Assembly (NCBI GenBank): GCA_951406725.2
Contig: OX597821.1
Location: 53,940,001-54,004,000 of the forward strand
DNA: 64,000 bases
Source of the DNA: Octopus vulgaris
Lineage: Eukaryota
Direction: 5' to 3'
Made by a program: the position numbers and the translations under genes. The stretch's first letter is position 1, and each line of letters opens with the position of its first letter. The notes below the pieces were generated by a model. The model searched no databases, was not told where the DNA came from, and saw only the letters and a program-made list of their open reading frames with translations. Positions 1 to 12,056 of the stretch are shown here, piece by piece.

Positions 1-331
1 GTGTGTGTGTTATTATTATTGTTGTTGTTGTTATAATTATTATTATTATTATGAAAACAGTCCAACCCATGCCCAGCATGAAGCAGACGTTAAGCAATGA
101 TGATGATTTGGCAGAAGTAACAGAGTGACTCAAGGGCTGAGAGTTTCATGCATTAGTTTGATTAGTACTAAAGCACAAAACTCCTGGCCTTTGAGTCCCA
201 CTGTCACTTTCGCTACATATATTACACACACACACACGTGCACACACGCACACGCACATGCACACACACACATATGCATACAAGCATAAACATATATTCA
301 TCTATACATACATATATACATGTGTATATAG

Positions 332-465
332 CGTTAGGAAGGGCATCCAGCCGTAGAAACACTGCCAGATTTGACTGGGCCTGATGAAGCCTTCTGGCTT
401 CACAGACCCCAGTAGAACCGTCCAACCCATGCTAGCATGGAAAACGGACGCTAAACGATGATGAT
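332..465 (+). mobile_element. 3' part of a retroposon (LINE-tail/SINE family C) ending in a (GAT)n tail
   Basis: gttaggaagggcatccagccgtagaaa...ccgtccaacccatgctagcatggaaaacggacgctaaacgatgatgatg; the same tail recurs at ~57-107, 26108-26390(-), 29930-29990(-), 31220-31670 and 51895-52160(-). Confidence 0.8.
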
Positions 466-481
466 GTGTGTGTGTGTGCGT

Positions 482-513
<32 letters not shown>

Positions 514-805
514 TATATTCTGCTGTTACTGTAGTTGTAGTACACTGCTGAAACTCTAGATTTAGTTACTAACATCGATGACAGTAAATAATGCAGTAAA
601 ATAAGATAAATGGTGTAAACGTAAAGTTTCAGGAGAGTTTAGATGTAACTGGAATCATAACAAATTTATCTTTATGCTAAAGGAATAGCTAAATTTTGAC
701 GTGTGAGTATCTCAGTCTACATGAATGATATTAATGACAAGAAAGACTACAGCCCAGTTAAGTCTCCTAAAAGCAAATTTTACCAAACATCACTTACACA
801 GTTTA

Positions 806-1847
806 TACAATGGTGGGCTGAAATGTTCACAGGCTGACAGTGAAGGAAATATGCTAGAGCTGCGAGATTTTGTATGCATTAATTTTATCCTTTCTTATCA
901 ATAAATGCATTGTTTCTTTCAAGGTAAACTGACATCTTAATAATTCAAAGAAGACTTCTGGATGTCCTGCAACTGCCTCCACAAAGGAAAACATTAATCA
1001 TGTTCATCACATTGTGATGGATGACTGGCAGTTAACTATAAATCAAACAGCATCTCCAATGAGTGAACTAAGAATATTCTGCACAATGAACTTGGCCTGA
1101 CGAAGGTTTCTGCTCAGTGACTGATACATCATCTGACACCTGATCAAAAGTTCACCCAAATGATTGCATCATCAGATCTAGATGCTTTCTTTGAGTGTTC
1201 CCTAAGCCAGAATTAGTGTTGGTTTCATCACTTTGAGCTAGTGAAAAAGTGACAATCCATGCAGTGGAAACACCCTTCCTGACCTGCTCCAAAGAAGGCC
1301 AACAATGTTTCCTCTGCATGGAAGGTAATAGTTTCAATTTTGGGGGGATGCAAAAAACATGATGTTTATTGATTGCTTTCAAAACGGCCACCATCATCAA
1401 CAGAGATTACTATGCCGACATGCTGAGGCAGTTATGAAAGGCTTTCAGGACCAACCAGCCAAGAAAACTGACAAAACGGGTTTTATTTCATCAGAACAAT
1501 GCTCCAGTATACAAATTCTTGCTTTTAATGGCTGCTGTGTGTGGCTGTGGCTTTATCACTCTCCCTAATCTTCGGATTTGGCTCCTTCTGACTATTATCT
1601 GTTCCCCAACATGAAGAATCATTTGGCTGAGAACCAGTACCACAGTGATGATGACATCAAATCTGCTGTTTATTACTTTTTTGATGAGCAGGATGAAAAC
1701 TTTTTCACCAACGGGATCCAAGTACTGCAACATGGATGAATGAAGTATGTAGACTGCAAGGTGATCTATGTAGAAAAATAAACTACATTTGTCACATTCC
1801 ATGAGCCTATCTTGGTCAACCTACAAACTTTTCGGCTGACCTTTGCA
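806..1847 (+). mobile_element. Degraded mariner (DD34D-type) transposon
   Basis: Degenerate 33-bp TIRs (806-838 vs 1815-1847, about 23/33 matches); decayed transposase motifs FHQNNAPV (~1487-1510) and HSP*SSDLAPSDYYLFPNMK (~1557-1616). Confidence 0.85.
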
Positions 1848-3227
1848 CCACAGCATTACATAAAACTTATAGAGTTATGCTATTTCAAGGATTTCTTGGC
1901 ATTCATTAGGAACAGCCTGTACAGGAAAGAATCTGAAGGAGATGGACTTGGATATCTTCAAATGCTCAACACAAAAATGAAATTGACTACATCTTGTTCA
2001 GTAGACAGTGCCATTCTACTGTCTCAATAGTAGTGCCATTCAACATAGGCATTGATCATTGCTTGCTAAGCACAAAGATCATGTTCAATGAAATCAGAGA
2101 GAATAAAGCCTCTGCGTGTCTCAATCAAGAATCAACATGCCAAAGTCTTGAAGTGAAATAGTTGCAGGAAGCTATCAAGAAGGAAATGTGGAGTCAATTT
2201 GAGGAGCTAGATGAGGATTACAATTATCTAGTCCAGAAAATTGAAAACTGGATATGGAAAGCAAATACTGCAAGCTAGCAGATGGAAGAATATCAGAGGA
2301 GACAGAAACTGCTAGAGAAATGGGAAACTGACAAGGAACACAAAAGATCACCTTGAGTATTCCATTCTCTACACAGCAATCGGAAAACATCTCAGAAATG
2401 ATTTTGAGAATTATAGACTGAATAATCTGATGAAGGCTGCAGAGGAAAGGAAAAGTTAAAAAAAACTGTAGAAGGCTGGAACTCTATAGATCAGAAGTGA
2501 TGGTATTTAACTACAAGGATGGGTTCATGGTGTGAGACAAAGGAGAGATGGAAGAGGTATGCAAAATCTTCTTCACTAACCTTTTATAATCATCAGTGAA
2601 GCTTGATTGCCTATAGCCACAAATAGTGGAAGACGTACCACCTACTCTGCCCAGTGACATTGAAAATGCCCCCAAACTAATGTAAACAGACAAAGCCCCT
2701 GGGAAAGATGGTATCACAACAAAGATATCAAAATGTGTAAAATCCTCATATTACACTTCAATTGCTATCTGAAGGAGGATAGAATACTGTAGAAAGAGTC
2801 AAATACCATCCTGCTTCATAAGAAAGGTGATAAAGAAGATTTAAAACACTATTTCCCCACATACTTCTTGTCTTACCCCTATAAATTGATTACAAAGGTC
2901 ATAGTCATCAGATTATCAAAACACCTCAATGGTCAACAGCAGAGGAAGCAAGCAGGTTTCCATATGAACTATTGTATGAGAGCCCACATATTCAATCTAA
3001 CATAGCTCAAAGAACAAGCTTCCTCTGTGTATTGCTTTTGTGGATTACAAATACACCTTTAGTAGCTTTGAGATGAGCACAGTATTGAAATCTTTAGAAA
3101 TGCAAGATGTTGAGTTACAATACATCAAAATGCTCAGCGATATGAACACTGGATGCACAATATATACAGCTCTGTTGTCACTGCCAGTAAGATAGCGACT
3201 GAGAAGGGTGTCAAGTAAAGATATACC

Positions 3228-3459
3228 TATTTCTTTATTACCCACAAGGGGCTAAACATAGAGGGGATAAACATGGACAGACATAGGTATTAAGTCGATT
3301 ATATCGACCCCAGTGCGTCACTGGTACTTAATTTATCGACCCCGAAAGGATGAAAGGCAAAGTCGACCTCGGCAGAATTTGAACTCACAACGTAACAGCA
3401 GCGAAATACCGCTAAGGATTTCGCCCGACGTGCCAATGATTCTGCCAGCTCGCCGCCTT
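3228..3459 (-). mobile_element. tRNA-derived SINE family B, full length, with 17-bp TSD
   Basis: Minus strand begins GGCGGCGAGCTGGCAGAAT (A-box-like) and has GAGTTCAAATTC (B-box); TSD tcaagtaaagatatacc at 3211-3227 and 3463-3479. Confidence 0.92.
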
Positions 3460-4002
3460 ATATCAAGTAAAGATATACCATCACTTCAAAGCTTCTTACT
3501 GTATATCCAGAAATGGTCATCAAGGATATTGACTGGACAGGTGACATGAACATCAATGGTGAGCAAGTAACACACTTTCAATCCACAGATGACACTGTAC
3601 TCATCACTGAATCTACACACAAACTGCAGATTATGCTAACAGAGCAAGACATGCAGAACTTAGCAGTAGGTCTTTAAATGAACCACATAAAAACAAAATG
3701 TACACGGTCAGAAGATGTAGCAGGAGGCTAAGCTGAGGTAGGAAGCAATGAAATCAAGGAGGTAAAAGGATTAGTTTTACTTAAAGATATGGATGCTGAC
3801 GTTTCAAGGAGCATAAGGGTAGGATAGAAGGCCTTCAGCTCAATAAAGGATATGCCCAAAACAAAGATAGACAAATCATACATGCCAGACTCTTCAATAA
3901 CACCATCTTACCTGTGCTCTTATACACAAGTAGGCATGAGCTGCTACAAAGAAGATAGAACATGACAGGCTACAATGCAAGGGACCAAAAGTTGAAACCA
4001 TT

Positions 4003-4134
4003 ATCATCATCATCATCATCATCATCACCACCACCACCACCACCATCATCATCACCACCATCATCATCATCATCATCATCACCATCATCATCATCACCAT
4101 CATCATCACCACCATCATCATCATCATCATCACC

Positions 4135-4195
<61 letters not shown>

Positions 4196-4205
4196 CCATC
4201 ATCAT
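4003..4205. repeat. (CAT/CAC)n trinucleotide microsatellite
   Basis: About 200 bp of CAT with interspersed CAC; source of the poly-Met and poly-Ser ORFs. Confidence 0.97.
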
Positions 4206-5093
4206 CTCAGATCTATGCAAGGAATATCATTTGAGAACATATTTGAAATGAGATAATTTAAAAACAGAGCAGAGTGAACATAGTCACAGAATACAAAAAT
4301 TGCAAAATTCACAGACAATAGGTGGACTCATACAAAGGTATCCAAAAGATTGGAAAAGGCTACTTGAAAGGCTTCTATGACTGTAGGAAGGTAATTTAGT
4401 TAACCAATCTGGGTCAAGCTGGAAAAGAATGATGCAATCAAGACAGAATTGGAAGCACATTGTGACCAGTGGTGTCCAACAGTATCTAAGGATCTGAGTG
4501 ATACTGCGATACTGTATATGCATATAAAAGTATGCTTGTATGTAGGCAAGTATGTGTACACACTTTCACATGCTCATTCATGTACGCATCGAGATTTTGG
4601 TTACTGAATTTGCAATTAGTGTATACGATTCTCCAAGAACATAAATATGTTATGTTATGTCATTTATTAATATACCTATTAATTTAAAACCTGAATTATG
4701 AAACTATAGCATTGTTGTTGCTGGTTACGTGTTTCTAATAATTGATTAATGGTATGCTGTATTTCCATGAAAATAAAATGAATATTTGCAGCTCCATTCA
4801 AGAGAGTACAGATTTTTCATAAATCATTTGTCTCCTCCAGCAAATGATACACACATATACATATAGACATAAACCATCACACACATGTATTCACATATAG
4901 AATTTTTGTTGTATGGTATTTCACATACTGGTACTTCTCTATGCTATTGAAATACATGTCACTGACCACTTCAGGTCATTTCTCTCAGCACACACATACC
5001 TCATATATACCTTTTTTTGTATAATTGTATGTGCATGTGTGTGTGTATAAACAGATAGATAGATACATATATACATACATACACATACATATA

Positions 5094-5308
5094 TTTCTTT
5101 ACTACCCACAAGGAGCTACACACAGAGGGGACAAACAAGGACAGACAAAGGGATTAAGACGATTACATCGACCCCAGTGCGTAAGTGGTACTTAATTTAT
5201 CGACCCCGAAAGGATGAAAGGCAAAGTCGACCTTGGAACGTAATGACAGACAAACCACAGCTACGCATATTGCCCGGCATGCTAACGTTTCTGCCAGCTC
5301 GCAGCCTT
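5094..5308 (-). mobile_element. SINE family B with a small internal deletion
   Basis: Matches 3228-3459; most of the B-box segment is missing; sits in a (CATA)n tract. Confidence 0.88.
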
Positions 5309-6310
5309 ACACATACATAGACACACATGCACACATACACACGTGCACACGCACATACACACACCATACATATATCCATCAGTCTGACCTAATGTACATA
5401 TATATATATATATATACATACATACATATGGGTATATGGACACACATTAATATAAAATTGTTCATCCATATCAAATATTTGAATATTACTGTTTCTAAAA
5501 TGGTTTTGTAGTGTGGAGGCAAATAATTTTTCACTGAAACAGGTAAAATAGGATAGATGAAAAAAATATAGGGTACAAAAGGTTTGCTATGATTTATCAA
5601 ATGGGTAACCAAAATAGCGGGTGAACTAAGGATAATTTAGAACATATGCTTAATTTAGATGTAACATCTGATGAGCCTCATTGCCTGAATGTCTCCATTT
5701 GGATTTATAATGCCTCATTGTCTAACAACAATCTCCAGACACCACAAATGTTTGATAATTATCATGATAGTGACAAGAAGAAGAGACGAAGCAGAGATAC
5801 AAATACTCACTCACACACAAACACTAGTATGTACCTACAAGAATGAGTAAGAATTTGTTGAAGAAACATAATGAGAATCTAAGCCAATACATAAAAGAAG
5901 CAGCTGGTTTCTTTTGTATGTAAACATATAGGAGAGAGAGAAGCCAGTCTTGTAGTCTGAAAATGTGATCTGTTCTTTGAGTGCAATAGGATTATATGTG
6001 AAGAGGGGAGAATACGAATTCATAATTCATGCTAAGCATATGAAATAGAATGAATAAAATGTAAAACAGGAAATTATTATGTCACACGAAACCAGATATA
6101 TTCGATATTTTGTCTAAACGAATGCAATGAAAGTTTATATCATAACTATATTCTTATTATATAACTTATTCAAATTTTATTTTCAAAAGGGATTTTTTTT
6201 TTTCAGTATCTAAGAAAAGAAATAAATATGAGTAAAATAATCTGAATTTTCTATTAAATGTCAATTTCTTGTACATATGTATGCATGTATGTATTTATGT
6301 GTACATATAG

Positions 6311-6630
6311 TGAAGGTGCATGGCTTATTGGTTAGGGTATTAGGCTCACAGTTGTAAGGTCGTGAGTTTGATTCCCAACAATGCATTGTGTCCTTGAGCA
6401 AGACACTTTATTTCATGTTGCTCTTGTCCACTCAGCTGGCAAATATGAGTAGTACCTGTATTTCAAAGGGTCAACCTTGTCACATTGTGTTAGCAGAAGC
6501 CCCCTGAGAACTGTGTTAAATGTACACATGTCTGTGGAATGCTCAGCCACTTGCATGTTAATTTCACAAGCAGGCCGTTCTGTTGATCGATCAAATGGAA
6601 CCTTCATCATCGTAACCAATGGAGTGCCAG
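6311..6630 (+). mobile_element. tRNA-derived SINE family D
   Basis: A-box tggcttattggttagg and B-box gagtttgattcc, followed by ttgtgtccttgagcaagacacttta; a partial inverted copy lies at 50752-50860. Confidence 0.75.
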
Positions 6631-6794
6631 TTATACATGCAAGCATTCATGTTGGGTATGAATGTATGTCTGTTATGTGTGCATGCATGTGAATAAGCAA
6701 GTGTGTATGTAAGCATGTATTTATGCATGCATGTATGTATGTTCATATGTATGAGTGTTCAGCACCACCCCTCATCCGGCCCACTGAAATCCAC

Positions 6795-6961
6795 ATGTGT
6801 TTTTCATTCTCTCTCTGTTTATTTCCTCTTATTCCTTTCTGTTGAAGAGCATAGGCTCGAAATGTAAAAGACTTTTTCATTTTTCCTGAGCATCAAACTA
6901 ATACATTTGCTTGTTGTTCATACACCTGTCTTCATCTCTTGTTTTTCTATAAATTTCAACT
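6795..6961 (+). mobile_element. Short pseudo-LTR-like element with a degenerate hammerhead-like fold (same family as 36783-37243)
   Basis: Reverse-complement similarity to both copies at 36.8-37.2 kb; motif cttt-CTGTTGAA-gagc atag gctc-GAAA-tg-TA-aaag at 6835-6870. Confidence 0.65.
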
Positions 6962-6991
6962 AGACATATATATTCACACACACAAGCACAT

Positions 6992-7061
<70 letters not shown>

Positions 7062-7889
7062 TGTTGTTGTTTGAGATGGTCATATATTTTGCCAAATAAA
7101 CTCACGCATTATATATTCGTTCTTCACGTGTTTATTACTGTTCTTATTCTAACCTATGTCCATCACGTCTGCAGCTTCTTCAGTGACACTTTCCATCTTC
7201 GAGTGTGCCCTTGCTCTGTTTATTCCATTCTGTTCTTCTATGATGTGTATCCTCATATGCATGTGCATACATGAGTGTATGTGTGTGTGTGATAGTTCTT
7301 AGTAGCACTATGACCCTTCCCTAAGCCCCCTCCCCTCCCCTTTGCCACTGCTGCTGCCGTTGAACCCGATTTTTGGTACTGTTCCTGTATCCCTCTGTCT
7401 TTGCGTGTTCACCCATACTGCTGCCATCATGGTAGTTGTTGTTGTTGCCATTGTTTTTAATGTTGTTGCTGTTGTCATTTTTGGTCGCATTGTTAATATT
7501 GTTGCAGTCGTCTGTGAAGTTACTGTACGTGTGTTTGTATGTGTATATGGTTTTACTTCCTACATTGTTTGTATCTGTGCCCTTAATACAGTTTTCTTTT
7601 TTTTTTATCTGTCTCTATTTCTCTATTTCTTATATCTATCATCGGTATGTGCATATTTGTCTATTGTGTGTGTATTACATTGTTTGTATCTGTCTTTATC
7701 CATCAAGTCGTGGGGGTATGGTGGTGGTTGTAATTGTTCCATTTGTATTTTCTGTTGAGGCTCAGTCTGTCTATTACTATATTTGTAGCCTCTGTGATCT
7801 ATCATCATCACTGTTCGACCGTGGTCGAGACAATGAAATTTACTGTGTAAATTTAATGAAATTCCTCATCACTCTCACTAAGTTTGCTA

Positions 7890-8275
7890 TAAGAATTTGA
7901 ACTTGGCATTGTCCGCAATAGCTGTGTTCTTGTGGGCTGGGTATCTAGCGGCCATGAGTTTGGCATAATGGGAGTGAAGGATCTGGTCACACTTGCAGTG
8001 GGTACGAGTACCAAAATCACATTCAAGGGCCGCATATTTAAGTTTAATAACAAGATATGCATCCAAGAGGAAGGTGCAGCCATCAGTGTCAGTATCACTG
8101 GCAATGTGGCTAACTTATTCATAGGATAGGAATCTCAATGGTGACCTAGAAGCTAACACTATGGAGGACATCCAGTAAATAGCTAACTCCATTCAGCAAA
8201 GTATTAAAGTAAAGATAGACTACCCTAATAAGCACCCGAACTATAGCCTACCAGTTTTAGGCATGAAGCTATTCA
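7890..8275 (+). mobile_element. Decayed Penelope-like reverse transcriptase fragment (family distinct from the neighbouring Naiad)
   Basis: IFKFNNKICIQEEGAAISVSITGNVANLFI resembles the PLE F-x-F-N-G-K-x-Y-x-Q-x-x-G-x-A-[IM]-G...ANLFM motif; downstream SIKVKIDYPNKHPNYSLPVLG resembles the LPFLD motif; ends at a (TA)n tract. Confidence 0.65.
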
Positions 8276-8304
8276 TATATATATATGTCAATATATATAT
8301 ATAC

Positions 8305-8357
<53 letters not shown>

Positions 8358-8485
8358 TATATCAATATATATATATTTTATATATATTGATAAAACGGTA
8401 AGATAACAAAAGAAAGAAAGAGACCTCAATATTATGTAAATAGAGGAAATTTATCTATACAATATGTTACATTACTCGGTAGTCA

Positions 8486-8548
8486 ATATAAAACTCTGAG
8501 TTTCAGATGCCGAAGTGGAAATCCACAACACCATCTCTTCGGTTATCT
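8486..8548 (-). ncRNA. Minimal type I hammerhead-like ribozyme in the PLE 3' pLTR (sense to the element)
   Basis: agataa-CCGAAGA-gatg...catc-t-GAAA-ctc a gag-TT-ttatat; one stem I mismatch relative to the inverted copy. Confidence 0.6.
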
Positions 8549-8742
8549 GGCTATTTGAAAACGTTATGAAAAAATACCGTTAAAAATGAAGGGAAATTAC
8601 TCTGTTATAACTCTGCTTTGCCTGCGTACTTATACATCGCTCGCATTTTTTGTCATAAAAATTATATAAAAATACATAAAAATATATAAAAATATATAAA
8701 AATATATAAAATCTTCTTGGGACATAACACAGAAAGCATGTT

Positions 8743-10090
8743 CTATCCGTTTTCTTTAGGGGACCAAAAACGTAACAGAAATTTAGTCACATGTGGGCAT
8801 GATCCGAAAAGCTCTGTCCTTGTATTTAGACATGTGGTAGGGTCTAAGCTGCTTTTCCAGATAAGCCATCTCTCCATGTCGCATAAACCGCACCTTCCGC
8901 TGCCGTTAGTATAGGGCTTACATCTGGCCAAAATCTTCCATTGTATGTTATAATCGACACCTTTATCTCTTAAAGACCAAATATGATTGGATAATTGTGT
9001 CACTTTTCTTTTGTTCCAGTGCCTAAAGCTCAAAGTGTGGTTATTGAACCTGGCCTTGAAATTACCCTCTGTCAGGCCCACGTATTTCTTCGTCGAAACG
9101 GTGTCTTTAGTGGTTATAGAGTTTACGGTAGCTTCATATATGATGGTCTTGGACATGCAAGCTCCATTTAGCGGGCACAATTCTTTATTCCTGCATGAAC
9201 AGCTGTTTTCTTCTTGTGTTTTTTGTATGTTATGATTGATTATGTTTTTAAAATTGGTAGTTGAACTAAAACTAATTTTTAAATTGTGTCTATTGAAGAG
9301 TTTCCTATAAGCATGGTTAACTGGAAAATGTCTATCTATCAGTGCTAGGAAATATTTACCTATATTGAAGGCCACCTCGGGTGAGTAAGGGGCGTAAACC
9401 AGATGACCTTCCTATTTCTATTATTCCTTTTCCTTATTGTTGGGCTGGTGATAGGTGTATATTTTATTTTTTCGCTAAAACCACTATCTTTTAAAGCTTT
9501 ATTATAAACTGGGGCAACGCTATTGAAGATGTCCTCATTAGATGAGAGGCTAGAAATCCTCTTACTAATATTTTTAACTAAATTTTTGAATACTATAGGG
9601 GGATGGCATGAACCTACATTAATATAACTTAGTCTATCATTGGGCTTCCTATAAGGCTTATAAATATTATTATTAAGATCTAAGGAAACGTCTAAGAAAT
9701 TGACAACCGTCAGGTTAGTGTCTATAGTTATACTAAGTCCGAAGTGTTTCATTAACTGGATAATATCCTTCCTAAAACGATCTTGTGCTGGTCCATTTGT
9801 ATTAGCTGTTAAGGCGAGGGCATCATCTTTGTAGATGGCGAAATGTACGTTAGGGAATGTCTTACTGAAGGTATCTAGGAGAAAGAGTCCAATTAGATCA
9901 CAGATGCCTGCCCCATCATATGAACCCATGCTCACATCGAAAGCGCCCTCCGTGTCGGTGTTTTTTACCCACTTTGCATTCTCACTGAAAAGTAATGTCT
10001 TTCTAGCATGGAAGATTATATCCTTATCATTGGTACTAATTTCTATGAAGTCACTAGCGAAGATTAGGGCTTTATCTAGCAGTTCTAGAA
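8743..10090 (-). pseudogene. PLE RT (partial) + GIY-YIG endonuclease ORF with one frameshift near 9390
   Basis: FDVSMGSYDGAGICDLIG, AIYKDDAL, VNFLDVSLDL, YINVGSCHPP, KVIWF; then CSCRNKELCPLNGAC, IIYEATV...KYVGLTE...FKARFNNH, CGLC and SCPH; the frame is open up to the truncation at ~10090. Confidence 0.92.
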
Positions 10091-10177
10091 GTATAAGTAC
10101 GCAGGCAAAGCAGAGTTATAACAGAGTAATTTCCCTTCATTTTTAACGGTATTTTTTCATAACGTTTTCAAATAGCC

Positions 10178-10240
10178 AGATAACCGAAGAGATGGTGTTG
10201 TGGATTTCCACTTCGGCATCTGAAACTCAGAGTTTTATCT
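10178..10240 (+). ncRNA. Minimal type I hammerhead-like ribozyme in the inverted pLTR
   Basis: Stem I agataa/ttatct (6 bp), core CCGAAGA, stem II gatg/catc enclosing a gtgga/tccac hairpin, GAAA, near-palindromic stem III actc-a-gagt, GUU cleavage triplet. Confidence 0.65.
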
Positions 10241-10279
10241 TGACTACCGAGTAATGTAACATATTGTATAGATATATTT

Positions 10280-10310
<31 letters not shown>

Positions 10311-11647
10311 ATTATTATATATATAATATATGTGAATATTATATATATTGATATAAATAAATGTATATGTATATATATATATATATATATACTCACATAT
10401 CAATACACATACACACAAACAAACATACACGCACAAACACACACAAACACACACACACACAAACACACACATGTATATACACACGCATATAACGAAAATC
10501 ATATATAACGTATGATTTTCTTTATATGGATGCTTTTGTTTTCATATAAACAATGTTGCAAATCCTAGTCAAAGTTTACTTAATAAAATGATAATCCTGT
10601 TTGGAACTCAGCCATAAATTTAAACCCAAAGAACAAGAAATATGCCAGCCTGTTAATCGTGTCAAATTTTTCTTCCAAAGGATTTCCATAGTTGCTTGTT
10701 GCTCAACTACTTTTCAACTACATAAGCAAATGTTGCAGATAATCTTGGAATGAAACACACACATATATGCATATGTATGTGTGTGTGTTAATACACACAT
10801 CTGTAGACATACATATATGTATAATTATGTGTATCTATATGTGTTCATGTTTATGTGTGCCTGTATAAGAGTATGATTGTGTTAGTGTATATAATCTGAA
10901 TATTAATCAGTACTGTATTCAGTGAAACATCACTGATGTTTGACATCAAAGTTCTTAGTTTATAATCAGGTTTGTAAATCTTACTTTTGGTTCACACGCT
11001 TTTGAGTTGAATGGTTTTAATTGGAAGATTTTATATTTCTATCCTCTTTCTATTTCACAGCAGAAAGAATATTAAAGACGACTTTGTCATGAAAAGAATA
11101 TAAAAAAAGAAATTTGCATTTCTAACAAAATGTTGATGTAATTATTAGTGGAAGTTTATGATAATATCATATGGCTTATGAGAATAAATTTTAGTTCTTG
11201 GTCCTCCCACCAAACACTAACTTATCTGTAATTCAAAAGTATATACAAACACATATGCATACATACTCTTACTTATTTCTTTATTGTTGTCCTTCACATC
11301 AGATGTTCACCAAAAAATTTGATATTTTGCAAGACACATAAACACTTACATAAGCATGCATTCAGTTATAAACCTCTGGTCTCAGAACAGATATGAAGAT
11401 GATGGCTGTAGCACCTTTTATCAAATCAACTGATTGAAATCATTATAAGCTAATAAAAGTGTCTCTATGTAATCACTTATATTTCTTATGAATCACACCA
11501 GACCATCTTAAAAAGTATATATTGGATAATGTTTTTGGGGAAAAGATGGCCCGTTTACAGCTGGAATCCCTTTGATCATTGGACCAAATAGTCAGAATTA
11601 ATCCAAGGCTAAACAATAACAGCAACATTAAAAAACTATACATGCAG

Positions 11648-12056
11648 GGTGCAGGAGTGGCTGTGTGGTAAGTAGCTTGTTTACGAACCACATGGTTCCG
11701 GGTTCAGTCCCACTGCGTGGCACCTTGGGCAAGTGTCTTCTACTATAGCCTTGGGCTGACCAAAGCCTTGTGAGTGGATTTGGTAGACAGAAACTGAAAG
11801 AAGCCCGTCGTATATATGTATATGTATATATATGCGTGTGTGTGTTTGTGTGTCTGTGTTTGTCCCCCTAGCATTGCTTGACAACCGATGCTGGTGTGTT
11901 TATGTCCCCATTACTTAGCGGTTCAGAAAAGAGACCAATAGAATAAGTCCTGGGCTTACAAAAGAATAATTCCCGGGGTCAAGTTGCTCGGTTAAAGGCG
12001 GTGCTCCAGCATGGCCGCAGTCAAATGACTGAAACAAGTAAAAGAGAATAAAAGAG
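11648..12056 (+). mobile_element. tRNA-derived SINE family A (internal TA/TG microsatellite), full length
   Basis: gcaggagtggctgtgtggtaag (A-box), ggttcagtccc (B-box), internal (TA)(TG) tract, 3' end gtcaaatgactgaaacaagtaaaagag; more than 15 copies in the window. Confidence 0.92.

Larger units (their letters stand above)
2560..4500 (+). mobile_element. Decayed RTE-type LINE reverse transcriptase region
   Basis: Translatable motifs KAPGKDGI (~2692), LLHKKGDKEDLKHY, QAGF, LCIAFVDYK, KGV-x-GD-like region and QSTDDTVL (YADD-equivalent, ~3580); many stops and frameshifts; interrupted by a SINE and a (CAT/CAC)n tract. Confidence 0.8.
8385..10274 (-). mobile_element. 5'-truncated Penelope-like retroelement (Naiad-type) with an inverted pseudo-LTR
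   Basis: RT plus GIY-YIG ORF on the minus strand; 184-bp inverted repeats at 8452-8635 and 10091-10274; both ends abut (TA)n. Confidence 0.92.

Noticed and set aside
377-405. CTGATGA followed by an agcc/ggct stem
   Set aside because: There is no GAAA or stem III, and other family C copies read ctggtgca, so it is a chance variant.
5663-5695. CTGATGA...GAA hammerhead-like string
   Set aside because: No convincing stem II, stem III or stem I pairing.
8385-10090. Selenoprotein (UGA/SECIS) coding, as reported for some Naiads
   Set aside because: No in-frame UGA in the surviving ORF and no SECIS-like motif seen in the 3' region.
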